From a virus (Duplodnaviria > Caudoviricetes), in the IMG/VR virus record IMGVR_UViG_3300046049_000011, positions 1 through 26,145 of that record: a stretch of 26,145 nt of DNA. One strand, 5' to 3'. Position 1 is the stretch's first letter; each line of letters starts with the position of its first letter. The position numbers were made by a program, and so were the translations under genes. Below the pieces are notes generated by a model. That model was given only the letters and a program-made list of their open reading frames with translations. It was not told the origin of the DNA and made no database searches. This document shows, piece after piece, positions 15,854-24,042 of the stretch.

Positions 15854-16135
15854 ATGCTTGGCTACTTACTCGTCGCCGGCGTCGTCGGGCTCGCCCTTGG
15901 GGCGGTGCTCGTCGCGACCGGCCAGTGGCTTGCCGATCGGCGCCGCGTCGCCAGGGATCCGTTCGGTGCACCTGCCCATCCGACCCACGTCTCAATCGCA
16001 TGCACCGCATGTCACGATACCTTTCCCGATCGCCAGTCTGCCGAGGAGCATCTCGCCGAGGAGCACGGCATGGTCCTCGAGGGCGATGAGGCCGACGACG
16101 TCCTCGTCGAGGCCGAGGTCGAGGGGGGAAACTGA
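15854..16135 (+). CDS. Membrane-anchored C2H2 Zn-finger protein
   Basis: N-terminal TM followed by RRR, then CTAC...F.......H....H. Confidence 0.75.
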   Translation: MLGYLLVAGVVGLALGAVLVATGQWLADRRRVARDPFGAPAHPTHVSIACTACHDTFPDRQSAEEHLAEEHGMVLEGDEADDVLVEAEVEGGN

Positions 16136-16695
16136 TGGGGAGTCTCACCAGCTCGGTTGACCCGGTCACGGCGACGATCGACATTCTCCAGTGGGCCACA
16201 CGCTCGGCGCCGAGCGATCTGTTGCTCGCAGGGTTTGGCGCCTCGCAAGCGGGGTTTGGGAGTGACCTACCAGGACTGACCAGCGAGACGACCGAGTACT
16301 ATCCTGGCGGCGCCGATCCCGATCGGATCAAACGTGATGAGGACGTCGACCCCTCCGACAAGCAACAAAACCAGCGCCTTTCGCAGGTCTCCCTCTACGT
16401 CGGCCCCGCCACCGACGGAGAGACGGACAAATTCTCGGCGGCCGGCGACGCGCTGGTCGTGAACACGACCGCGATCGAGATCTGGACCAGCGATTCGACG
16501 ACGACCCACAACTGGCTTCGTGATCTCATGGATCTCTTCGGAGAGTTTAGTGCCGACAACGGCACGAGCACGCCCTTTTACGAGGTCTATCCCGACCAGG
16601 GGATTGTCGATAATCGGCCCCAGGGCTTCTACTACGGCGGGTTTAATCCTGAGAGTCTCAACGTCCGGCTCGAGGAGCACCGCGAGATCGGCTAG
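16135..16695 (+). CDS. Probable tail terminator (SPP1 gp17/lambda U-like)
   Basis: Position before the tail tube; IEIW strand followed by a helix. Confidence 0.55.
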   Translation: MGSLTSSVDPVTATIDILQWATRSAPSDLLLAGFGASQAGFGSDLPGLTSETTEYYPGGADPDRIKRDEDVDPSDKQQNQRLSQVSLYVGPATDGETDKFSAAGDALVVNTTAIEIWTSDSTTTHNWLRDLMDLFGEFSADNGTSTPFYEVYPDQGIVDNRPQGFYYGGFNPESLNVRLEEHREIG

Positions 16696-16733
16696 CCCCC
16701 GAGGCTTTTCGGCGCTGTGCGTCACGCCGGCGT

Positions 16734-17213
16734 ATGGCTCAGCTAGGCCCGTACTATGGCGATACGATGACTGTCTCGCTCAAGGCCGTTGGCACGCCGA
16801 CGGACATCCCGGTGGGTAAGGCCCAAAACGTCGAGATCCGAATCGAGGCCGAAGAAACGGAGTATTTCAGCGCCGAATCGACACTGCGGGACGTCTCTCG
16901 GTTCTCGGAGATCCGGCCGATCTGTGTATTCGAGGTCGGCGCGTGGGACGTCAGTCTGTATAAACAATGGATGGGTGGCAGCGACGACGCGAACACGTCG
17001 TCGTCACTATCAGGTGGGAGCCCACAGGACCCACAGAAATTCAACTTCACTGGGAAATTAACGCCGAGTGACGGCTCGACGGCCTGGGAGGTGACCGTCA
17101 GCAACGTCACGATCCCGACGCTGCCCTTCTGGAACGCCGAGCGCAACGAGTTCGTGGGCAACTCCTACGAGGGCGCCGGCGACGATCTCTCGATCGACAC
17201 GGAGCCGGCATGA
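16734..17213 (+). CDS. Major tail tube protein
   Basis: 159 aa, beta-rich (PVG.AQNVEI); precedes chaperone and tape measure; no sheath gene. Confidence 0.75.
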   Translation: MAQLGPYYGDTMTVSLKAVGTPTDIPVGKAQNVEIRIEAEETEYFSAESTLRDVSRFSEIRPICVFEVGAWDVSLYKQWMGGSDDANTSSSLSGGSPQDPQKFNFTGKLTPSDGSTAWEVTVSNVTIPTLPFWNAERNEFVGNSYEGAGDDLSIDTEPA

Positions 17214-17259
17214 TAGATCGGCACGTCGCTTATTCCGTGTGCATGCCTCACTGTGGGGC

Positions 17260-17820
17260 ATGTCATCGACAGATCCCTCGAAGATCCATCCCGAGCACGA
17301 TGAACCCACGCCAGCGAACATGGACGACTGGAGCGAGGAGCAACTCGAGCAGTACGAGCGAGCCCAAAAACGTGAGCTCGATCGGGACGCCAAAGAGCAT
17401 CGTCGTGAGCTCGTCCAGGAGGAACGCGAAGCCCTCGACAAGCTTCGCGACGCGACCAGCGAGACGCCCGCCGCCGAGCAGACGACGACCGTCGCATTCG
17501 GCGACGCCGAACTCGTCGTGACGACCAAGGTCACCGGCGAGCTTGAGGGGCTGTTCGACGATATCGTCGACGAGCAGCGTAAGGAGGTGTCCCGGCCGGG
17601 GACGATCAAGAAGACGCTAATCGACGCGATCCTCTTGCTGATCGTCGACGATGACGAACCCGACGACGACCCGGTCACGTTTCAGTCACGAGCACTCTGG
17701 GAACAGTACTATCTCAGCGAGGGGTCAGCCGGGCTGATGGAGGCATTTGACACGCTCGCCGAGCCGGCCCTCGAGCGCTACGAGGAATTGGGAAACTCGC
17801 ACGAACGGACACGGCAATAG
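17260..17820 (+). CDS. Tail assembly chaperone (lambda G analogue)
   Basis: Between tube and tape measure genes; slippery heptamer near the 3' end. Confidence 0.75.
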   Translation: MSSTDPSKIHPEHDEPTPANMDDWSEEQLEQYERAQKRELDRDAKEHRRELVQEEREALDKLRDATSETPAAEQTTTVAFGDAELVVTTKVTGELEGLFDDIVDEQRKEVSRPGTIKKTLIDAILLLIVDDDEPDDDPVTFQSRALWEQYYLSEGSAGLMEAFDTLAEPALERYEELGNSHERTRQ

Positions 17821-17999
17821 ATCTCGTCGAGGTCATGCACGTCACGGGCTCGACGATGGGCGAGGTCCTCGCGATGTCCGACGAGGAGCTCATGCTGACG
17901 CGAATCGCGATCGGCGCGTGGCGGCAGGCTCACTCGGGTGGCCGCGGTCGCGGCGGGGCGGGGCAGCTCCCGGAGTCCCTGCCCGGCGACCTGGGCTAG
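17790..17999 (+). CDS. -1 frameshift extension of the chaperone (lambda GT analogue)
   Basis: G GGA AAC at 17790-17796 in the correct phase; the -1 frame (KLARTDTAIDLVEVMHVTG...) is open to TAG 17999. Confidence 0.8.
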   Translation, partial: GKLARTDTAIDLVEVMHVTGSTMGEVLAMSDEELMLTRIAIGAWRQAHSGGRGRGGAGQLPESLPGDLG

Positions 18000-18036
18000 C
18001 CCCCCAGTTTTGCCAGTCACCCGTCACGCCGACGCC

Positions 18037-19398
18037 ATGGCTGAGACGATCAACGACCTGCTCGTGCGGATCACGCCCGAGGGGATCGACGAGACGACCG
18101 ACGAACTCGACGAGGCACGGGATTCCTTCGAGGAGACCGCCAACGTTGCCGGCGAGTCGGCTGCCGAGCTCGAAGGCTTTGCCAATCGCTGGCAAGGCGC
18201 CTTGCAGGCGATCACCGCCGGGCTCGTCGCGGGCGCGGCCGTGCTCCTCTCAAAAGTCCCTGTCTTGGGCGAGTCGATGTCGGCGTTGAACGCGATCATC
18301 GACGCCTTTGCGCTCAGGTTGGACTCGGTGTTACGACCGGCGCTGGGGGACACGAACAGCGCACTCTTTGAGTTCGCGAACACAGTCGCCACGGCCGAGG
18401 GGCCGCTCGGAATATTGTTCGACGCGGTCTCCGTGGTGATCGGAATCATCGGGCCGGCGATCGTCGCGATCGCCGCGATCGGCTCGCAGATAGGCAAGTG
18501 GGCGACGACGACGGCGGGCGTTGGCGCGATCCTCCAGAGCCTGGGCTCGACAATCGCGAGCGTGGTCTCGTCGATCGCCGGCTTCATCGCCTCATCGACG
18601 GCGGCCGTGGTCGCGGTCGGGGCGCTCCTGGGCACGCTGGGCGTGGCTGTCCTCGAGGTCACGGGCGTCCTCGACGCGTTCGAGGACCTCGGCGCTGCTC
18701 TGTCGGGGACGGTCGGCGACGCCTTGGTCACGTTCGGCTCGATCATCTCGCTGGGGATCCTCCCGCTGATTGCGAGCCTGGGTGCGGCGATCGTCGGTTT
18801 TGTCAGGGGCACACTCGAGGGGGGCTTTTCGGAAGGGCTCCGACGCGCCAAAGAAAACGCGATCCAAGCCTTCGGGACGCTCAAAGAGAGCATCACCAGC
18901 ACACTCGACTCGCTGGCGACGGCGCTGTTCGACGCTGGTTCAGGGCTCGTCGACGAGCTCATCGACGGGTTGTTGAGCAAGGTCAGCGAGCTTGAGGACG
19001 CTGCCGGCAAGCTCGCCAACGCGATCGCGAAGAACATGCCCTCCTCGCCCGCTGAGACGGGGCCGCTTGCCGATCTCGATCAGGCTGGCCCGGGACTGGT
19101 CGAGACTGTCGCGACGGGCATGGAGCGCTCGGTCGGCCGCCTCGACCAGGCCAGCGGCCGCGTCGCGATGGCCGCGGATCCACGCGGGCAGGGGCAAGGT
19201 CGACGTGGCGATCGCGGCGGTGCCGGTGGTGCCGGCCAGGACGCGGTCACGCGGCAGCTCCAGCAGCTCGTCCAGGCGATGCAACAGTCGCGCCGGGAGA
19301 CCGTCCTTGAGCTCGACGGGCAAACGGTCGCCCGCCAGCTCGAACCACTCTTGGGCGAGGGCGCCGTCCTCTCGGGTGCCACGCAAGTGCGGCGGTGA
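18037..19398 (+). CDS. Tape measure protein (453 aa)
   Basis: A/G/L-rich helical protein with a hydrophobic middle; P.SPA..GPL and LELDG C-terminal motifs. Confidence 0.88.
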   Translation: MAETINDLLVRITPEGIDETTDELDEARDSFEETANVAGESAAELEGFANRWQGALQAITAGLVAGAAVLLSKVPVLGESMSALNAIIDAFALRLDSVLRPALGDTNSALFEFANTVATAEGPLGILFDAVSVVIGIIGPAIVAIAAIGSQIGKWATTTAGVGAILQSLGSTIASVVSSIAGFIASSTAAVVAVGALLGTLGVAVLEVTGVLDAFEDLGAALSGTVGDALVTFGSIISLGILPLIASLGAAIVGFVRGTLEGGFSEGLRRAKENAIQAFGTLKESITSTLDSLATALFDAGSGLVDELIDGLLSKVSELEDAAGKLANAIAKNMPSSPAETGPLADLDQAGPGLVETVATGMERSVGRLDQASGRVAMAADPRGQGQGRRGDRGGAGGAGQDAVTRQLQQLVQAMQQSRRETVLELDGQTVARQLEPLLGEGAVLSGATQVRR

Positions 19399-19404
19399 CC
19401 AGCG

Positions 19405-20262
19405 ATGGCCAACATCGCAACCCTCTCGCGAAACGGCACGAGCGTCGACATCGATCTCGTTGGCGAGGGGGGCGATCTGTCGGTCGCGCGCGATTTGGGC
19501 AAGCCAAATCTAGATGTCAACGCCGTTGGGGCCGAAAACCCAATCCACCAGGACTATCAAAATGCCCAGGACGTCTGGACGGTCATCGGCTTTTTGATCG
19601 GCTCGAACGCGTATAGCGACGCCAGGACGCTCGCCGAGGACATCATCAAACCCCGGTTGAGCAGTGCGCTCACACTCGACCTCTCGGACCTCCCCGAACG
19701 ATCGACCTACGACGTCGTCCCGGCCGGTCAGTCGGCCTGCACGCTGACGTACGTCCCGGGCACGGTCGATATCGTCGGCGTCCAGTGCTCGCTGCCGGTC
19801 GTCAGTACCGTCCAGGGCGGCACGCAAAACAGCACGGCGCCGGGCTCGCCAGGGAGTGGCGACGGGATCAAACTCACGCGGACGGACGACTCGACGAGCG
19901 TCACGCTCTCGCGGAAGCTCACGCTCACCCGCGAGGTCGGCAGGCCCGAGCTCCAGCTCAACCCGACCAACGGCGAGCTCCCGATCGCGATCGACGAAAA
20001 CGCGCCGGCGGCAGACACCTGGCAACTCTCGGGAGCGCTGGTCTCGAGTGCGACCGCGACGGCCAGCACGCTCGAGGCGGATCTCCTGCGGCCAAGGCTG
20101 GGCGACGCGGCGATCACGCTGGAGTTTCTGGGCAATCAGTGGGGCCTCCAGAAGTACCAGACGATCCCGACAGGCACCCAGTCACTGCGGACGGCACTCT
20201 CGGCCGGTGCGAACGGCGTCGTCGATGTGCCCACGCTCGAGCTCCAGTCCGTGCGGACGTGA
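19405..20262 (+). CDS. Distal tail (Dit-like)/tube-to-hub adaptor with internal duplication
   Basis: Follows the tape measure; two similar halves of ~140 aa. Confidence 0.65.
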   Translation: MANIATLSRNGTSVDIDLVGEGGDLSVARDLGKPNLDVNAVGAENPIHQDYQNAQDVWTVIGFLIGSNAYSDARTLAEDIIKPRLSSALTLDLSDLPERSTYDVVPAGQSACTLTYVPGTVDIVGVQCSLPVVSTVQGGTQNSTAPGSPGSGDGIKLTRTDDSTSVTLSRKLTLTREVGRPELQLNPTNGELPIAIDENAPAADTWQLSGALVSSATATASTLEADLLRPRLGDAAITLEFLGNQWGLQKYQTIPTGTQSLRTALSAGANGVVDVPTLELQSVRT

Positions 20263-20302
20263 GCCAGCCAGGCTTATCCTAACCTCGCGGCACGCCAATG
20301 CC

Positions 20303-22393
20303 ATGAGTGGCATTCTCGCCTTTCGCGCTCGGCGGCCGGCCGACGGGACGGCCGACACGGACCTGTACGACGTCGCACCATTACGAGACGCGTTCGAACG
20401 CTTCGCTGGCGGCGCCACGTTGCGATTTCTGGATCCTGACCAGTCCAAGATCGACGAGTACCCATACGGCACGCGGGTGGAGGTCCAGGTCAACCAAGAC
20501 GCCGGCAGCGATCAGTTCGCCGGCGTGTTTGTCGGCGGCTTTGGCGAGTCGCAAGCGGGCTTTGGAATCAGTGACGTCGTCGCGCTCTCCTCGACTCGTG
20601 GCTGGTGGACGCGTGGTGCATTCGTGTGCCTCGAGCCCTCGCGGACGACCACCGACGGGATCCCGATGGTCGAGGTCGACGCCGTCGGCTACAACCACCT
20701 CCTCACCCGCGAGCAGATCATCAAAGACTACTCCAGCACCGCCAAGACGGACATCTTGAAGGATATCATCACCACGTTCACGCCGATCACGTGGGACGCC
20801 AACCAGGTCGACGTCGAGGACGACTCCGCGATCGATCTCTCACTGCGAGGGATCACGCCCGCCGAGGCAATCAGCGAGCTGGCCTCGCGCTCGGCCGACG
20901 AGGAGTGGTTCGTCGACGACTCTTTTACGTTCGTCTTCAGGCAACAGGATATTGCGCGTGCGAACGCCGTCACGGACACGGATGTCCTCAATCACGATCT
21001 CCCCGAGCGTGGGGCTCGCGAGGTCAACAAGTTCACCGTCTACTACGGCACCAACGAGGATCAGGCCTGGACCGAAGAGGATCGCGAGGCCCAGGAAAAA
21101 CTCCAGGATCAGCTTGACGCCGATCGGCGTGTGGTCGTCGCCGACAGTGACTCGTTTCCGGAGATCACGACCGAGAGTGAAGCCAAAAAGAAGGCCAAAA
21201 AACGCCTGGACGACCAGTCAGTCACCCAGACCGGCGAGATCGAAACACCGCTTGGCTATCTGGATACCAGTGCAGGCGACGTCTTTAGCCTGACACTCTC
21301 CGACGCCGGGATCGACACCGAGGATTTCCGGGTTGCTCAGGTCGATTACGAGTGGGGCGCGGGCGTCGTGCGCCGGGTGATTGCGAGAAACACGGGCGGA
21401 AACGTCGACGAGTTGCTCGTCTCGCTCTCAGAGTCGCTCACCAACGAACGGCTCCAGAACGTCGCGACGGATCCGGCGACGGTGAATGCGGTCCGGGCCG
21501 AAGCTCAGCTTACGGTCACCGTGGATGCAACGATCGTCACCAAGTCGACCAGGAGTGACTCGTTTCTCCCCGGCCAGTCCGAGCTCGGCTTGGGCACCGA
21601 CGACGAACTCGGCGGCGGCCTCGCCAGTGGGCAGACGGCCGTGGCCCTCGAGACGAAAAAGGCGACACGCGGGTTGTTGAACCTCCTGCGGGACCTCTGG
21701 CGCAACGGGAACAGTGCCTACGTCGACCTCTCATATCTGTCCGCGGGTACAGACGACAGCTCGGCGACGCGCTCGGATAGCGAGCTCGAGGTTGAGGTCG
21801 GCCGGACGGCCGTCCAATCGGTCAACAAATCTGTCACCGAGGGGCAGGCCGAGGTCCTCGCGACGATCCCGGCCGGCGGCCCCTTCGCCGACGCGGGCCA
21901 GCTCGCCGAGTTCGGGATCCAGGACGCTGCCAGTGGTGGGTCACTCTACTCGCGGCTGACGATCGCCGATACGAAACTCGACGCGTCGACGCGCCTGTCG
22001 GTCGCAATCTCAATCACGCTGAACAACGACAGCGACGGCGATGGTGTCGTCACGGCCACTGGCCAGGAGCGCTGGCGCGATCTCCTCGTCGGCGAAAGCG
22101 GCGTCGAACCAACTAATTTCGTGTACGGCGACGGGACGAGCGACCCAAGTGTATCGGACACGAGTCTCGACAACCAGATCCACGAGGACGCGATCGACTC
22201 CACGGAAGCCGGCTCGACGGGGATCGTCCGGCTGATAGAGCGTGTCAAGACTGGCGATACAGCCACCGAGGATATTAGCGAGTTCGGTCAGGAGAACAGT
22301 GACGACGAGCTGCTCTCTCGGTACCAGTTCGAAGCGTTTGGTGAGTCGGTCGAGATCGAGGCGATTCATGGCTACAGGGCACACAACCCCTAA
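20303..22393 (+). CDS. Baseplate hub (Tal/gp27-like) with two repeated C-terminal fibre-attachment-like domains
   Basis: Start fixed by the promoter motif; hub-like AISELA...WFVD...F.F; two T..G....RDL...G......SD..L...EFG......L.SR repeats. Confidence 0.75.
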   Translation: MSGILAFRARRPADGTADTDLYDVAPLRDAFERFAGGATLRFLDPDQSKIDEYPYGTRVEVQVNQDAGSDQFAGVFVGGFGESQAGFGISDVVALSSTRGWWTRGAFVCLEPSRTTTDGIPMVEVDAVGYNHLLTREQIIKDYSSTAKTDILKDIITTFTPITWDANQVDVEDDSAIDLSLRGITPAEAISELASRSADEEWFVDDSFTFVFRQQDIARANAVTDTDVLNHDLPERGAREVNKFTVYYGTNEDQAWTEEDREAQEKLQDQLDADRRVVVADSDSFPEITTESEAKKKAKKRLDDQSVTQTGEIETPLGYLDTSAGDVFSLTLSDAGIDTEDFRVAQVDYEWGAGVVRRVIARNTGGNVDELLVSLSESLTNERLQNVATDPATVNAVRAEAQLTVTVDATIVTKSTRSDSFLPGQSELGLGTDDELGGGLASGQTAVALETKKATRGLLNLLRDLWRNGNSAYVDLSYLSAGTDDSSATRSDSELEVEVGRTAVQSVNKSVTEGQAEVLATIPAGGPFADAGQLAEFGIQDAASGGSLYSRLTIADTKLDASTRLSVAISITLNNDSDGDGVVTATGQERWRDLLVGESGVEPTNFVYGDGTSDPSVSDTSLDNQIHEDAIDSTEAGSTGIVRLIERVKTGDTATEDISEFGQENSDDELLSRYQFEAFGESVEIEAIHGYRAHNP

Positions 22394-22417
22394 GCCTCAC
22401 TAGGGCCACGGGCCGGC

Positions 22418-23998
22418 ATGAGTCGCAATCCGACGGACGACAACACAGCCCTGTGGTCGGCGACGCTGAACGCGTTTGCGTCGCGTCAGGCTGGGCTCGC
22501 GATTCTCAGCGGCTGTACGGTCTCGAAGGGCACCGGCGATTTTGACTCGGATGTCTCCTCGGGGACCGTCTGGCTCAACGGCGCGCGTGTGTCGGTCTCG
22601 AGTGCGACCCTCACGCACACCGATACGTCGAACATGTCAAGCGGGGAGACGCGCGTCGACCTGATCTCGGCTGACTCCAATGGCGCCGTCTCGATCACCA
22701 AGGGCACGGCCGCAATGGACCCGGCGGCCCCCGGAATTCCGACTGATGAGGTACTGCTGGGATATTGGCAGATTGCCGGCGACGACGCGTCGCTCGCGTC
22801 ATCGGATCTCTTTGACATCCCTGACCTGGCGATCTCCGTCGAAGACCTGACGTCCGCCGGATCGGATGGGGACATGCCGGTCGTGCAAAGCGACGGGAGC
22901 CTCGAGATGCGCCAGGCCAAATTGCCCGCGCTCTCAGACATCGATAGCAGCTCGTCGGACGCTGCGATCAACCGGCTCGATCGGGTGCTCTCCGACGACA
23001 GTTGGGGCTCGATCGGGTTTGGTCGCGGTGACACCGGGACGTCCGATGAGCACCTGGGCAGCATCCTACTCCCAGATGGTCGCGTGCTATTCCCCCACGA
23101 CGCGAATTCGACGGGAGTGAACATGCTCATTTTCGATCCCAGCGACAACTCAACGACCAGTGGCCCCAATTCCGGCGAGGGGGCGAATCCATTCGGGGGC
23201 GGCGCACTGCTTGAGGATGGCCGTGTCGCCCTCGCACCAGACGAATCGGACAACGTCGGACTTTTCGACCCGTCAGACGACAGTTACACGAGTGGTCCGG
23301 CCCACGGTGAAGGGGACTTCGCGTTCCATGGGGCCGTTCTGGCCCCCGACGGCCGGGCCATTCTTGTCCCGGCGAATTCGGGGAACGTCGGGATTTTCGA
23401 CCCCAGCGACGACTCGTATTCGAGCGTCAATCACACTGAGGGCACCTCGGTGGAATTCAACGGGGGTGTTTTGCTTGCCGACGGTCGCGTCGTCTTCGCT
23501 CCACAAACATCAGACAACGTCGGGATTTTTGACCCGTCAGACGACAGTTACACGAGTGGTCCGGGCCACGGCGAAACTGAACCTGCGTTCAAGGGTGGCG
23601 GGGCGTTGCTCCCCGACGGCCGCGTCGTTTTTTCACCATGGGATTCGGACAACGTCGGGATTTTTGACCCGTCAGACGACAGTTACACGAGTGGTCCGGC
23701 CCACGGTGAAGGAGACAGCGCGTTTTATGGAACGTCGGCCCTCCCCGACGGTCGCGTCGTCTTCGCTCCGAATAACTCAAGCAACGTCGGGATTTTCGAC
23801 CCGTCAGACGACAGTTACACGAGCGGGCCCGATACACAGGCAACGGATGGCGACTTTCGTGGGGCGGCGACGCTCCCCGACGGCCGCGTCGTCTTCACTC
23901 CCGGTGGAACGCGGAATGACTATGGTCTCGTCTATTCGCACGGCCAGCTCCCGAACCCGACGCGGAACTGCACACATCCGTTCATACAGGGGTTCTAA
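22418..23998 (+). CDS. Tail fibre/receptor-binding protein 1 with a 7-blade Kelch-like beta-propeller
   Basis: Anchor domain shared with the next gene; seven ~44-aa LPDGRVVF.P..S.NVGIFDP repeats. Confidence 0.8.
   Translation: MSRNPTDDNTALWSATLNAFASRQAGLAILSGCTVSKGTGDFDSDVSSGTVWLNGARVSVSSATLTHTDTSNMSSGETRVDLISADSNGAVSITKGTAAMDPAAPGIPTDEVLLGYWQIAGDDASLASSDLFDIPDLAISVEDLTSAGSDGDMPVVQSDGSLEMRQAKLPALSDIDSSSSDAAINRLDRVLSDDSWGSIGFGRGDTGTSDEHLGSILLPDGRVLFPHDANSTGVNMLIFDPSDNSTTSGPNSGEGANPFGGGALLEDGRVALAPDESDNVGLFDPSDDSYTSGPAHGEGDFAFHGAVLAPDGRAILVPANSGNVGIFDPSDDSYSSVNHTEGTSVEFNGGVLLADGRVVFAPQTSDNVGIFDPSDDSYTSGPGHGETEPAFKGGGALLPDGRVVFSPWDSDNVGIFDPSDDSYTSGPAHGEGDSAFYGTSALPDGRVVFAPNNSSNVGIFDPSDDSYTSGPDTQATDGDFRGAATLPDGRVVFTPGGTRNDYGLVYSHGQLPNPTRNCTHPFIQGF
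23051..23940 (+). repeat. Intragenic tandem repeats, ~132-bp period
   Basis: AACGTCGGGATTTT(C/T)GACCCGTCAGACGACAGTTACACGAG recurs nearly verbatim. Confidence 0.9.
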
Positions 23999-24042
23999 TC
24001 GACGCTGTCATAGTTATATGGAACACCCGTCACGGCGGGGAT

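Larger units (their letters stand above)
6011..24033 (+). promoter_or_regulatory. Dispersed late-promoter-like motif nTTWTC-N9-CGTCWC (copies start at 6011, 6614, 8694, 10137, 10706, 11513, 12235, 14390, 14716, 15824, 16705, 17231, 18007, 20273, 24013)
   Basis: The two hexamers start 15 nt apart in every listed copy; most sit at -30/-15 or -29/-14 from the ATG. Confidence 0.85.

Noticed and set aside
19856-20302. N-terminal extension of the 845-aa ORF, and similar upstream extensions at 5822, 6090, 17938 and 26026
   Set aside because: Arg/Ser-rich or overlapping real genes; promoter or leader positions support the later ATGs.
22389-22409. Late-promoter copy before fibre 1 (CCTAAG/GGCCAC)
   Set aside because: Spacing fits but both boxes are weak; not counted among the listed copies.
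23051-23940. Repeats as a CRISPR array or DGR template/variable pair
   Set aside because: In-frame protein repeats with a ~132-bp period; no cas or reverse transcriptase gene; differences not adenine-specific.
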